Assembly: GCA_016186115.1 (NCBI GenBank)
Contig: JACPMK010000002.1
Location: 8,983 to 72,982, forward strand
Source of the DNA: Candidatus Wildermuthbacteria bacterium
Lineage (GTDB): Bacteria > Patescibacteriota > Minisyncoccia > Minisyncoccales > UBA10102
Length of the DNA: 64,000 nt
Direction: 5' to 3'
Below the pieces are notes generated by a model. That model was not told the origin of the DNA and ran no database searches. It saw only the letters and a program-made list of their open reading frames with translations. The position numbers were made by a program, and so were the translations under genes. Below are positions 9,554 to 19,083 of the stretch, piece by piece (the stretch's first letter is position 1; every line of letters begins with the position of its first letter).

Positions 9554-10809
9554 GAATGATTTCGATTTCACTGTCGCCGAACACTGAACCAGACGATATC
9601 CGGCTTGCTTTCAAATTGCTTTTTCAGCCATGGCGGTGGCAAAAGGGTAATGCAATTGAAACGCTCGAAAAAGAATTTGCAGATTATCTTGGAGCAAAGC
9701 ACGCGATTTCTTTCAATAGCGGCAGATCCGCGCTTTTGGCGATTTTGGATGCTTTGGAGTTGGAGAAGGATGACGAGGTGTTGCTGCAGGCGTTTACATG
9801 CAATGCCGTGCCAAATCCTGTGATCTGGTCTGGGCTAAAACCGGTATATGTAGATTGCAACGAAAGCGATTTCAATATCGATGCGGCGGATTTGGAGAAG
9901 AAAATTACTCCCAAAAGCAGGGCAGTTGTTGTTCAGCATACATTTGGCATTCTGGCTGACCTCGAGAAAATAATGCAAATTTGCAAAGAACATGGCCTGA
10001 TTTTGATAGAGGACTGCGCGCATGCGCTCGGAGCAAAGTACAAAGGGAGGGAAGCCATGTCTGCCGGCAGGCAGGTAGGCACCCTTGGGAAAGTCGCGTT
10101 TTTTAGTTTTTCCCGCGACAAAGTGATTTCTTCGGTATATGGAGGCATGGCAACAACGAACGATCCTTCAATTGCCCAGAAAATTCGGCAATTTCAGGAC
10201 AAGGTTAGTTATCCCTCGCATTCATGGATTTTGCAGCAGCTTTTGCATCCGGTGATTATGAATATAAAGATCCTTCCTTTCTATGCTATAGGCGGAAAAT
10301 ACCTGCTGATTATAGCCCAGTGGCTGCACATTCTTTCTAAAGCTGTGCACTGGAAAGAGAAGAGAGGATTGAAGCCCTCGTATTTTCCTAGGCGTTTACC
10401 AAATGCTCTTGCGATTTTAGCGTTCCATCAGTTTAAAAAGCTCAATCGGTTTAATCAGCACCGCAAAGAAATTGCAGAATTATATTCTCGAGAGTTGGTC
10501 CATACCAAATACCAAATACTAAATACTAAATACCAAGAGGGGGGTATTTTTCTTCGCTTTCCCGTTCAGCATCCCAACGCACACGAAATTATCAAGAAGG
10601 CGTGGGCAAAGAATATTTTGATAGGGGATTGGTATACATTCCCTATCGCCCCCGACGATACGCAATTGGACAAGCTTCAATACGAAAAAGGAAACTGCCC
10701 CAATGCAGAACGACTTTCCCAGATTACCTTGAATCTTCCTACTCACGTCCGTATTAGTAGAAAAGAAGCGTATAAGATTATTGAGATTCTAAAAGGGTAT
10801 GCAAGTTAA
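9550..10809 (+). CDS. DegT/DnrJ/EryC1/StrS-family PLP-dependent aminotransferase
   Basis: 419 aa. AISFNSGRSALLAIL and FSFSRDK (PLP-lysine context) match the family. 4-nt overlap with the murF stop. Confidence 0.75.
   Translation: MRMISISLSPNTEPDDIRLAFKLLFQPWRWQKGNAIETLEKEFADYLGAKHAISFNSGRSALLAILDALELEKDDEVLLQAFTCNAVPNPVIWSGLKPVYVDCNESDFNIDAADLEKKITPKSRAVVVQHTFGILADLEKIMQICKEHGLILIEDCAHALGAKYKGREAMSAGRQVGTLGKVAFFSFSRDKVISSVYGGMATTNDPSIAQKIRQFQDKVSYPSHSWILQQLLHPVIMNIKILPFYAIGGKYLLIIAQWLHILSKAVHWKEKRGLKPSYFPRRLPNALAILAFHQFKKLNRFNQHRKEIAELYSRELVHTKYQILNTKYQEGGIFLRFPVQHPNAHEIIKKAWAKNILIGDWYTFPIAPDDTQLDKLQYEKGNCPNAERLSQITLNLPTHVRISRKEAYKIIEILKGYAS
10502..10536 (+). repeat. 5 tandem heptanucleotide units ATAC(C/T)AA inside the DegT-family CDS
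   Basis: ATACCAA ATACCAA ATACTAA ATACTAA ATACCAA, read directly from the sequence. Encodes HTKYQILNTKYQ. Confidence 0.9.
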
Positions 10810-11875
10810 AGAAGCAATAGATCAGGATATTTGGGAGGGGTTTTTGGGTAAATGTGCTGAAAGGACATTTCTGCAATCTTGGAATTGGGGGGAGTTTTGG
10901 CAAAAAAATGGCCTGTCTGCCTGTTCCGACTCGGAGACGAGGCGAGCCGGTAGGCAGGGGAATATGGTTTTGCGGCTGGGGGTGTTTGAAGGCGATGAGC
11001 TGCTTGGCGTCGCGCTTGTGGTCAAAGTTTCGGCAAAGAGGGGGACGTATTTGTTGGTGCAGCATGCCCCGATAATTCAAAAGTCAAAACTCAAAACTGA
11101 AATCCTTAAAGCTTTTTTGTGGGAGCTGAAAAAAATAGGAAAACAAGAGGGGGCAAGTTTTATACGCATGGCGCCGCTTTGGGAGCGGACAGGAGAAAAT
11201 GAGCGAATGCTCCGGGAATTTGGTTTTCGCCAGGCACCCATGCACGCGAACGCGTACGAGGCAACATGGAAACTGGATATCACGTCCTCAGAAGAAGAAT
11301 TGCTCAAAGGGATGCGCAAAACCACGCGCTATTTGATTCGGCAAGCCATGAAAAATCCCGATATTCAAGTGACGCAAAGCGACCGTCCGGAAGACGTTGT
11401 AATGTATGCGCAACTCAACGAAGCGGTAGCAACAAGACAGCAATTCGTGCCCTTTTCAAAAGAGTTTATCAAAAACGAGTTCGAGATTTTCTCGAAAGAA
11501 GGAGAAGCCCTGTTGTTTTTTGGTAAATATAAAGGGCAAGTGGTTGCGGCAGCGCTGGTCATTTTTTGGTCGGGCATTGCGTTTTACCATCAGGCGGCGT
11601 CTCTTGGCGAGTTTGCAAAACTTTCCATTCCCTATCTTGTTCAATGGGAAGCAATTCGAGAAGCAAAAAGGCGCGGATGCGCACTGTATGATTTTTGGGG
11701 ATATGTGGATCCCAAGAAATATCCGAATCATCCATGGGCAGGGCCTACACTATTTAAGATGGGATTCGGAGGAAGAGCTTTTGAGTATATGAAGACACAG
11801 GATTTTGTTTTATCATTGAGGTATTGGCCTATTGCATTATTTGAAAAACTGCGGAGATTTTCTCGTCATCTATAG
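10799..11875 (+). CDS. FemAB-family peptidoglycan interpeptide-bridge aminoacyltransferase (FemX-like)
   Basis: 358 aa. Length and landmarks (FLQSWNWGEFW near the N-terminus, FYHQAAS, YDFWG) resemble the FemAB/lipid II aminoacyl transferase family. Overlaps the upstream stop by 11 nt. Confidence 0.7.
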   Translation: MQVKEAIDQDIWEGFLGKCAERTFLQSWNWGEFWQKNGLSACSDSETRRAGRQGNMVLRLGVFEGDELLGVALVVKVSAKRGTYLLVQHAPIIQKSKLKTEILKAFLWELKKIGKQEGASFIRMAPLWERTGENERMLREFGFRQAPMHANAYEATWKLDITSSEEELLKGMRKTTRYLIRQAMKNPDIQVTQSDRPEDVVMYAQLNEAVATRQQFVPFSKEFIKNEFEIFSKEGEALLFFGKYKGQVVAAALVIFWSGIAFYHQAASLGEFAKLSIPYLVQWEAIREAKRRGCALYDFWGYVDPKKYPNHPWAGPTLFKMGFGGRAFEYMKTQDFVLSLRYWPIALFEKLRRFSRHL

Positions 11876-11881
11876 CAGAGC

Positions 11882-12700
11882 ATGGCAAAACGCTATCACA
11901 AGGCAAGGAGCATTAAAAAAAAGCGTTCATTTCTGCGAGGAAAATGGCTTTGGTTTTTTATTTTTCTCTTGGGATTTTTCTCGGGTGCTTTCTATATCTC
12001 GGTGTTTTCTTCTTTTTTTCAGCTTCAGCATATTCAAACATCGGGAAACGCTTCTGAAAACGCGGAATTGCAAGCAAGGGCAGAGCAGCTTCTTTCTCAA
12101 GAAGTTGGATTTCTAAACACCAAAAGTATCCTTGTGCTGAATCTTGAGCGCATCAAAACAGAACTTCTGTCGCAGTTTCCTGCTCTTGCAAGCATTTCTC
12201 TTAAGAGACAATTTCCAAATTCTCTTATCCTTGTTGCACAGGCAAGGGAAAAGGTTGCTTCATGGTGCGCCGATGCAGAAGAAAAACAATGTTTTGCACT
12301 TGATGAGGAAGGGGTTATCTTTTTGAAAGAAAATCATCCTCAAGGATTGCGGATTACTCTTGCCAAGGCCGTGTCTACACCCGTTGCATTAGGAGAACGG
12401 CTGATGGAAAAAGATACCCTTGGACTGCTGCTTCAATTTCAGAAGTCAATGGAGAATTTTCCTCTTTTGCAAAAAGATGGGGCAAAAGTTGTTCAGTTTA
12501 CTATTTTTTCTTCGAATCAGGTACGCGCAAAATTTTCTGAAGGTTGGGAAGCGTATCTCGATCCAGAAGGAGATTTTAACTGGGAAATAGCAAAACTTCA
12601 GGTGGTATTAGAAAAAAAGATCCCTTCCGAAAAGAGGAAGGGCCTTGAGTACATCGATCTCCGCTTCGGCGACCAAGCGTATATTAAGTATTCTCACTAG
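11882..12700 (+). CDS. FtsQ/DivIB-like cell division protein (TM + POTRA)
   Basis: 272 aa. Basic N-terminus, one TM (WLWFFIFLLGFFSGAFYISVF), then a POTRA-like segment (ILVLNLERIKTELLSQFPALASISLKRQFPNSLIL). Confidence 0.6.
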   Translation: MAKRYHKARSIKKKRSFLRGKWLWFFIFLLGFFSGAFYISVFSSFFQLQHIQTSGNASENAELQARAEQLLSQEVGFLNTKSILVLNLERIKTELLSQFPALASISLKRQFPNSLILVAQAREKVASWCADAEEKQCFALDEEGVIFLKENHPQGLRITLAKAVSTPVALGERLMEKDTLGLLLQFQKSMENFPLLQKDGAKVVQFTIFSSNQVRAKFSEGWEAYLDPEGDFNWEIAKLQVVLEKKIPSEKRKGLEYIDLRFGDQAYIKYSH

Positions 12701-14265
12701 AGAGGGGATACGTCTACACGGTAGAGGATGACTTGGCTGTCTTCTTTCTGGAATCTTTTTTGCTCCTGCCAATTGGCAGGAATTTGTTTGTAGTAGTCCC
12801 GCCAAGGATCTCTTCCTACAAACCAAACATAACTGCTTTGCGGCTGAACATCGCTTAGATTTTTTACCGCAATCGTATCTGCCCTTTCATAGATTAAGCT
12901 TGCTTCTCCGAATCCTTTTCTAATCCATTCGGGATCGGCAAAAATTTTGGCGGGGGAGCCAGTTTTGTTGTAATATGAAAAATCAAAATAGGCGTAGAGT
13001 TCGCCAACAACAATTTCATCCCCGGTTTTGTAGCTTGCATTGATTTGACGGCCGACTTCGCGCATGCCGTGTCCTTCGACAGTATCCACTTTGTATATTC
13101 CAAGCAGGAGCAGAATGGTGAAAAGAGGGGCAAACAAATATTTTGCAAATTTATTTTGAAGAGCGGAGACAAAAAGGGCGAGAAGTCCATAAAAGGCAAT
13201 TGATGACCAAACGAAATAGCGGTCTTGGTAGATAGGCGTGCGGATAGAGGAATAAAGAAAAATAAGGTACATGGGAATTAAAAAGTAACCAAGAATAAAA
13301 ATAGTTCCTCGCCATTGCGTTTTGCGTTTTGCAATAACAAATATCGCCATGATTGCTAACGCAATAAGGATCAATTCATGAATATAATTTGGGGTAGGAT
13401 AGGATCCGATGTGGTCAAAATTAATATAGGATAAAAATCGATATAAAGTACTCGGGACTGTTCGGATAGTCATCCATTCTTTTTGGATCCAATAGCTTGC
13501 GCTTACGCGCGTTGTTTGTTGCAAAAGAATTGGTATCCAGAACGCAAAAGCGCCAATAATAGCAATATGAGAAAGAACCCACGGCAGAGAAAATAACTTT
13601 TTGAATTGGATGGAAAATGGCGGCTGATAATTTTTCAGAAAAATGTAGAACCAATGGATGGGTAAAATCAATAAACTAAAATATTGAGTATATGCGGCTA
13701 GAATCATGGCAATAGAATAGAATGCCCACCATTTTGCATTTCGTCCTATGGAATTTTGTTCCGAGGCCCGCAAGAGAAAATATGTTGCTGCTGTTACTAG
13801 AAAAGCCACCAGCATCCACATCCGCGCTTCCTGCGAATAACGGATAAGAAATGGTCCCAGTGCGGTGAAAAGTGCAGCCCACTTGGCAACTTCTGCATTG
13901 AAAATTCTTTTCATCACGATATAGAAAAAGAAAACGACTCCGATTCCCAAGAGAGCCGAAAAGCCGCGTATCGCTAATTCTGAATTCCCAAAAATCTTTG
14001 CCCAGTAATGCAAAATTTCATAGTACAGCGGCGGATGAACATCAAGCATGGTACGGCGCAGTATTTCTTGCGGAGAAAACTGGATCATCATCATGGTAAA
14101 TCCCTCATCGTGCCAGATGGAGCGGCGGGCAATGAAAAGAAACCGAACAAGCGCGGCAAGCGCGAGGATTGCCGCAATAAGGATTCGTTCTTTTTGAAGA
14201 TAGGTTTTAATTGCTGATAGCATTGCTGTAATAGAAAAAGCCATCTTTTGCAGCAAACTGCCCAT
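12697..14265 (-). CDS. GT-C fold membrane glycosyltransferase (GT39/ArnT/PMT_2-like)
   Basis: 522 aa, polytopic. First-loop acidic motif IWHDEGF. Start uncertain, because it overlaps the upstream gene's end by 59 nt. Confidence 0.65.
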   Translation of the reverse strand: MGSLLQKMAFSITAMLSAIKTYLQKERILIAAILALAALVRFLFIARRSIWHDEGFTMMMIQFSPQEILRRTMLDVHPPLYYEILHYWAKIFGNSELAIRGFSALLGIGVVFFFYIVMKRIFNAEVAKWAALFTALGPFLIRYSQEARMWMLVAFLVTAATYFLLRASEQNSIGRNAKWWAFYSIAMILAAYTQYFSLLILPIHWFYIFLKNYQPPFSIQFKKLFSLPWVLSHIAIIGAFAFWIPILLQQTTRVSASYWIQKEWMTIRTVPSTLYRFLSYINFDHIGSYPTPNYIHELILIALAIMAIFVIAKRKTQWRGTIFILGYFLIPMYLIFLYSSIRTPIYQDRYFVWSSIAFYGLLALFVSALQNKFAKYLFAPLFTILLLLGIYKVDTVEGHGMREVGRQINASYKTGDEIVVGELYAYFDFSYYNKTGSPAKIFADPEWIRKGFGEASLIYERADTIAVKNLSDVQPQSSYVWFVGRDPWRDYYKQIPANWQEQKRFQKEDSQVILYRVDVSPL

Positions 14266-15778
14266 CGGGAAAACGATTTTCTAAAATGGGCCTTGCTTCT
14301 TTTGATAATGTTTCTTGGATCACGAAGATATATTTCGTTGAAGGAAGAATAGCAATTTTGTTCAGATTTTCAGCGTGATCGATGACGTAATAATTTCCAG
14401 AAATGCCGTAGAGGCCTTGGATGCGATGATCTTTGTGGTCATGCGTGAGAAAAGCTAATGAATGATTGGAGTAACCCAAAATAAGCGCGTATTTTTGGAT
14501 ATCCTTTGGAATCGTATTGAGAAATGCTGCCATTGAAGCAATATCGGCGTCATAGGCGCGATAGGTTGCCGGATCCTTTGCCCAGACAACAAAATATTTC
14601 ATATAGCCATATGCAGCGCTAAAAATCAAAATAAAAATTAAGAAAACATTAGCAATCTTTCTTGCGGGTATTTTTTTGTGGAGATACCTATGGAGGGGTT
14701 GGATGGCTAATACCGCAAAGATGTACATTACTGGGATAGTTCCAACAGCACGTAGCGCATGGGGAATTCCTTCGCCAGTGAGTATGGTTGGCGCCAGCAT
14801 AAAGCCAAACCAGAGCAGAAGGAAAAAATACTCTGGTTTTTTTATTCGTAGCAATGCAATAAAAATCCCAACAGCAGAGAAAATTCCTACCATTGGATCG
14901 AGCATTGGCGAGCCCCCGAGATTATGGCGGTAATTTTCATCTCCGGCATTGGTAAACATGAAGAGAGCTTTTGCGGTGTTTTCCAGAAGCAGTTGGATTG
15001 GACTTCCTAGCTCTGGATTTAAAATAGAAGTTCCAGCAGATCGTGCGAGAAAATCGCCGGGATGCTTGGCAAAGTATAATCCCATTGGCAAGTATATAAG
15101 TATTGCTGCGGCAATGCCGAGTACAATATTTCTCCAGTTTTCTTTGAGAAATACCCAGAGTTGGGATCGATAGAACAAAAGAAGATAGATCAAAAAGAAA
15201 AAGGCGATTGGCACAATCATGAGATAGGAAAGGTAGGTATAGAATCCTAAAGCAAAAAACACGCCCGTTGCAACAAAATAGATAGGTCGTTTTTCGCGCA
15301 GGGCTTTTGTGAGGAAATAGAAAAGGAAAACCAAGATAAAAGGAACCATAATGGCGCGAAAACCGTTGCGGCTGAATTGTACATGCCATGAGGAAACAGC
15401 CAAAAGAAAGCTTGCGATCAAAGCAGCGTTTTTCCCAAGCCACTGTTTTACCAAAAGATAAAGTCCAAAGACCGTAAGAATGCCAAGAATTGCCGGCGCA
15501 AGCCGAAGGGCCAGTTGAGTAAATCCGAGCCCGGGAATGGGAAAGAATACGCCAAAAGCTACGAAAATTCCTTGAAGATAAAAGAAAAGAGCTTCCCTTG
15601 GGCCATTGGTGTTATAAAAAACACGGAAATCATGGTTATCTATCATCCGGATGATATCCAAACCGTTTGCTGCTTCATCCGGATGAAGGCCCGGAGGAAG
15701 TGTATTGAGCTGCCACAACCTGAAAAACGCCGCAACGAGCAGAATCCCGATGAGAATGAAGGTCGATATTTTTTGCAT
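14207..15778 (-). CDS. GT-C fold membrane glycosyltransferase (GT39/ArnT-like), paralog
   Basis: 523 aa, polytopic. First-loop motif LHPDEAANGLD is typical of ArnT/PMT-type enzymes. Confidence 0.65.
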   Translation of the reverse strand: MQKISTFILIGILLVAAFFRLWQLNTLPPGLHPDEAANGLDIIRMIDNHDFRVFYNTNGPREALFFYLQGIFVAFGVFFPIPGLGFTQLALRLAPAILGILTVFGLYLLVKQWLGKNAALIASFLLAVSSWHVQFSRNGFRAIMVPFILVFLFYFLTKALREKRPIYFVATGVFFALGFYTYLSYLMIVPIAFFFLIYLLLFYRSQLWVFLKENWRNIVLGIAAAILIYLPMGLYFAKHPGDFLARSAGTSILNPELGSPIQLLLENTAKALFMFTNAGDENYRHNLGGSPMLDPMVGIFSAVGIFIALLRIKKPEYFFLLLWFGFMLAPTILTGEGIPHALRAVGTIPVMYIFAVLAIQPLHRYLHKKIPARKIANVFLIFILIFSAAYGYMKYFVVWAKDPATYRAYDADIASMAAFLNTIPKDIQKYALILGYSNHSLAFLTHDHKDHRIQGLYGISGNYYVIDHAENLNKIAILPSTKYIFVIQETLSKEARPILENRFPDGQFAAKDGFFYYSNAISN

Positions 15779-15867
15779 TTCTCTAGTGTACCATAGTTCA
15801 GTAGTTCTTAAAAAGAGAGCTAGCAGTCGAAGTGGTTATCCTTCGATAGATTCGGGGCAATACCGAG

Positions 15868-15894
15868 TTAGCAATCGGACGTATTGACTGCTAA
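15868..15894 (+). promoter_or_regulatory. CIRCE-like HrcA operator (degenerate)
   Basis: TTAGCAATC-N9-GACTGCTAA versus the consensus TTAGCACTC-N9-GAGTGCTAA. Lies 24 nt upstream of the hrcA ATG. Confidence 0.75.
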
Positions 15895-15917
15895 TTTTGG
15901 TTTGGTATCATAGAAAA

Positions 15918-16631
15918 ATGGCGCCAAGCGCACGACAAAGACAAATTCTCGCGAGCATTGTGACAGAGCATATTCGTTCTGCTTTGCCGGTGAGTTCCCA
16001 ATTTATCGAAGAGACCTATACTTTGGGAGTTTCCCCTGCTACGATTCGCAACGACATGAAGCAGCTCGATGAGAATGGCTACCTTTTTCAGCCCCATACT
16101 TCGGCGGGGCGAATTCCTACCGATAAGGGGTATCGCTTTTTTGTTGACGAGATTGTGCGGATAAGAATATCCCACGCAAGAAATATTTTTGCAGTTCTGG
16201 ATCGGTTGCAGAATGGCGAAGAAGATATGTTTCAGTTTGTGCAATTGCTTATGCAAAGATTGGCAAACGCCTCTTCTGCTTTGACGGTTGCCTACTTCAC
16301 GCAAAGAGAAGTGATGTGGAAGGAAGGTTGGGAGCAGGTGCTAGAGGAGCCAGAGTTTGAAGATAGAGAAACAATTTTTCGCTTCACTCAATTTATAGAA
16401 GATATTCAAGAGCATATGGAACAGTTTGAAGAAGGGCCATCTTTTCAGATATTTATTGGTGGAGAGAACCCCTTTTCAGAGGTCGAAGATTTTAGTATAA
16501 TAATTGGCGATTGCGCTTTTTCCGGCGGAGTGAAGGGGAAAATCGCAATGATCGGTCCGAAAAGAATGGCATACCAAAAAAATATTGGGCTGCTTCATGC
16601 CTTGGCGAAAAGAAATAAGGGATCAAAATAA
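15918..16631 (+). CDS. hrcA: heat-inducible transcription repressor HrcA (short form)
   Basis: N-terminal wHTH (RQRQILASIVTEHIRSALPVSS...LGVSPATIRNDM) and HTSAGRIPTDKGYRFFVDE. I prefer the ATG at 15918 over the TTG at 15897. First gene of hrcA-grpE-dnaK-dnaJ. Confidence 0.85.
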   Translation: MAPSARQRQILASIVTEHIRSALPVSSQFIEETYTLGVSPATIRNDMKQLDENGYLFQPHTSAGRIPTDKGYRFFVDEIVRIRISHARNIFAVLDRLQNGEEDMFQFVQLLMQRLANASSALTVAYFTQREVMWKEGWEQVLEEPEFEDRETIFRFTQFIEDIQEHMEQFEEGPSFQIFIGGENPFSEVEDFSIIIGDCAFSGGVKGKIAMIGPKRMAYQKNIGLLHALAKRNKGSK

Positions 16632-16632
16632 T

Positions 16633-17130
16633 ATGGCAGATGAAAAACCAGAACAGGAACAGCAGCTATCAGAGAGTTTCCAGAAAGAGCTTGAGGACTT
16701 GAGAAAGCAACGCGATGAGTATTTGGCTGGCTGGCAAAGAGCAAGAGCTGATTTGATCAATTACAAAAAAGAAGAAATGGCGCGGATCGGCGAAATGGCA
16801 AGCTATGTCACGGAATCCATTGTCCAGAAATTGCTACCTCTTGTTGATAATATCGAGATTGTTGAACAAAATCTTCCGGAAAATGTAAAAAATAATGTTC
16901 ATGTGAAGGGATTGTTGCAGTTAAAAACGCAACTGCAAGATTTTCTCAAGAGCAATGGCGTGCAGGAGTTGGAGGCGGAAGGACAAAAATTTAATCCGGA
17001 ATTTCATGAAGCAGTCGAGGAAGTTGACGTGAAAGAGAAGGAAGCAGCAATAGTTGCCGAAGTCGTCCAAAAAGGTTACTTGTTTCATGGGCATGTGCTA
17101 AGGCCAGCAAAAGTAAAAGTAGTAAAGTAA
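16633..17130 (+). CDS. grpE: nucleotide exchange factor GrpE
   Basis: GrpE coiled coil (YLAGWQRARADLINYKKE) and a C-terminal beta domain. I prefer the ATG at 16633, 2 nt after the hrcA stop. Confidence 0.88.
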   Translation: MADEKPEQEQQLSESFQKELEDLRKQRDEYLAGWQRARADLINYKKEEMARIGEMASYVTESIVQKLLPLVDNIEIVEQNLPENVKNNVHVKGLLQLKTQLQDFLKSNGVQELEAEGQKFNPEFHEAVEEVDVKEKEAAIVAEVVQKGYLFHGHVLRPAKVKVVK

Positions 17131-17136
17131 ATCATT

Positions 17137-19065
17137 ATGGCAAAAGTATTGGGAATTGATTTGGGCACATCAATATCAAAGATGGCAACTATTGTCGAAG
17201 GAGAACCGAAATGCATTGAAAGTCGGGAAGGTTCGATTTTGATTCCTTCCGTGGTTGCGATCTCAAAAAATGGCGAGCGGGTGGTGGGAATATTAGCAAA
17301 ACGTCAGGCCATTACAAATCCAAAGAATACCATTCATTCGGTTAAGCGATTTATTGGCCGGCGCTATTCCGACCCCGAGGTTCAAAAAGAATTGAAGATA
17401 TTGCCCTATGAGACCAGAGAAAGATCCGATAAAAGCGTAGAAATAAAGATGGATGAGAAATGGTACACGCCCATTGAAATTTCGGCAATGATTCTTCAGA
17501 AAATTAAACTCGATGCAGAAGAGAAATTGGGCGAGAAGATAACAAATGTCGTGATTACCTGTCCCGCAAATTTCGATGACTCCCAAAGAAAGGCAACAAA
17601 AACAGCAGGAGAGATCGCCGGTTTTAATGTTTTGAGAATTATCAACGAGCCAACCGCCGCGGCTCTTGCGTATGGCTTGGGCAAGAAAAAATCAGAGAAG
17701 GTTGCCGTGTACGACTTTGGAGGAGGAACATTTGACGTAACCATTCTTGACGTTGCTCCAGATACCGTGGAAGTTCTCGCAACGGGCGGAGAAGCGCACT
17801 TGGGAGGGGACGATTTCGATCAGCGAATTATTAATTGGATTATCGAGGAATTCAAGAAAGAACAGGGCATTGATTTGTCGGGTGATCCTCTTGCCTTGCA
17901 ACGTCTCAAGGAGGCGGCCGAGCGGGCGAAGATTGAATTATCTTCCGCGATGGAAACAGAGATTAATTTGCCTTTCATTAGTTCTGATGCGGCAGGGCCA
18001 AAACATTTGTATTACAAGATTACGAGGGCGCAGTTTGAACATATGATCCGCGATTTAGTAGAGAGGTCGGTTGAAAGAACAGCAAAAACATTGCAGGAAG
18101 CCCAACTCTCAAAAGATCAAGTCAACGAAATTGTGTTGGTAGGCGGAACTACCATTATTCCGGCAGTTCGTGAAGCAGTTAAAAACTTATTTGGAAAAGA
18201 ACCAAATAAAACCATCAATCCTGAAGAGGTGGTGGCGATGGGAGCTTCTATTGAAGCAGAGATTTTGACTGCCCAAAAAGAAGGGAGGGCTCCCGAAGGA
18301 GATATCAAAAGCGTGTTGCTTTTGGATGTATTGCCATTGTCATTAGGGATTGAAACACTCGGGGGAGTGAATACAATTATGATTCCCAAGAATACTACGA
18401 TTCCCGCATCCAAGACACAGGTTTTCTCAACTGCTGCAGACAACCAAACGTCGGTAGAAGTGAACGCATTGCAAGGAGAAAGGGCGATGGCAAAGGATAG
18501 CCGTTCTCTTGGAAAATTTATTCTTGATGGGATTATGTCGGCTCCCCGCGGGACACCCCAAGTTGAAGTTACATTTGATATTGACGCGAATGGATTGCTT
18601 ACGGTTAGCGCAAAAGACAAGGCAACCGGAAAATCTCAATCAGTCAGGATTGAGGGATCGGTTGGGTTGTCAAAAGAAGAAATTGAGCGGATGAAAAAAG
18701 ATGCAGAGATGTATGCGGCAGAAGATCAGACGAAGCGCGAATTGGCAGAAGCGAGAAATGCCGCAGAGAATTTGATTTATGTGACCGAAAAAATGTTGCG
18801 GGAGAATGGCGAAAAGATTCCCGCAGACATCAAGCAAGAAATCGAGGGGAAAATCAAGAGTTTGAAAGGGGTAAAGGATGGTGATAATATAGAGGATATC
18901 CGGAAAGCGACTCAAGAACTTTCCCAGACGGCGCAAAAAGCTGGTTCTGCGGTATATCAATCTCAAAAAGAGGGAGGGGAGAATTCTCAAGGGTCAGAAA
19001 ATCCAGGTCAGGGAGATCAGGATGGCGGAGCGAATCCGGAGGAAGGTGAGTACAAAGAAAAATAA
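17137..19065 (+). CDS. dnaK: chaperone DnaK (Hsp70)
   Basis: 642 aa. Hsp70 signatures GIDLGTS, DFGGGTFD and VLVGGTTIIPAV. Confidence 0.97.
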   Translation: MAKVLGIDLGTSISKMATIVEGEPKCIESREGSILIPSVVAISKNGERVVGILAKRQAITNPKNTIHSVKRFIGRRYSDPEVQKELKILPYETRERSDKSVEIKMDEKWYTPIEISAMILQKIKLDAEEKLGEKITNVVITCPANFDDSQRKATKTAGEIAGFNVLRIINEPTAAALAYGLGKKKSEKVAVYDFGGGTFDVTILDVAPDTVEVLATGGEAHLGGDDFDQRIINWIIEEFKKEQGIDLSGDPLALQRLKEAAERAKIELSSAMETEINLPFISSDAAGPKHLYYKITRAQFEHMIRDLVERSVERTAKTLQEAQLSKDQVNEIVLVGGTTIIPAVREAVKNLFGKEPNKTINPEEVVAMGASIEAEILTAQKEGRAPEGDIKSVLLLDVLPLSLGIETLGGVNTIMIPKNTTIPASKTQVFSTAADNQTSVEVNALQGERAMAKDSRSLGKFILDGIMSAPRGTPQVEVTFDIDANGLLTVSAKDKATGKSQSVRIEGSVGLSKEEIERMKKDAEMYAAEDQTKRELAEARNAAENLIYVTEKMLRENGEKIPADIKQEIEGKIKSLKGVKDGDNIEDIRKATQELSQTAQKAGSAVYQSQKEGGENSQGSENPGQGDQDGGANPEEGEYKEK

Positions 19066-19083
19066 ATTGCTACGCCACACGTT

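Noticed and set aside
14937-15443. 168-aa minus-strand ORF in an alternative frame of the GT-C gene. The ORFs at 658-1080, 6288-6674, 48655-49191, 54614-55111 and 50178-50690 are of the same kind.
   Set aside because: All are nested in or antisense to CDSs with strong family motifs, and none has an SD or a recognisable domain.
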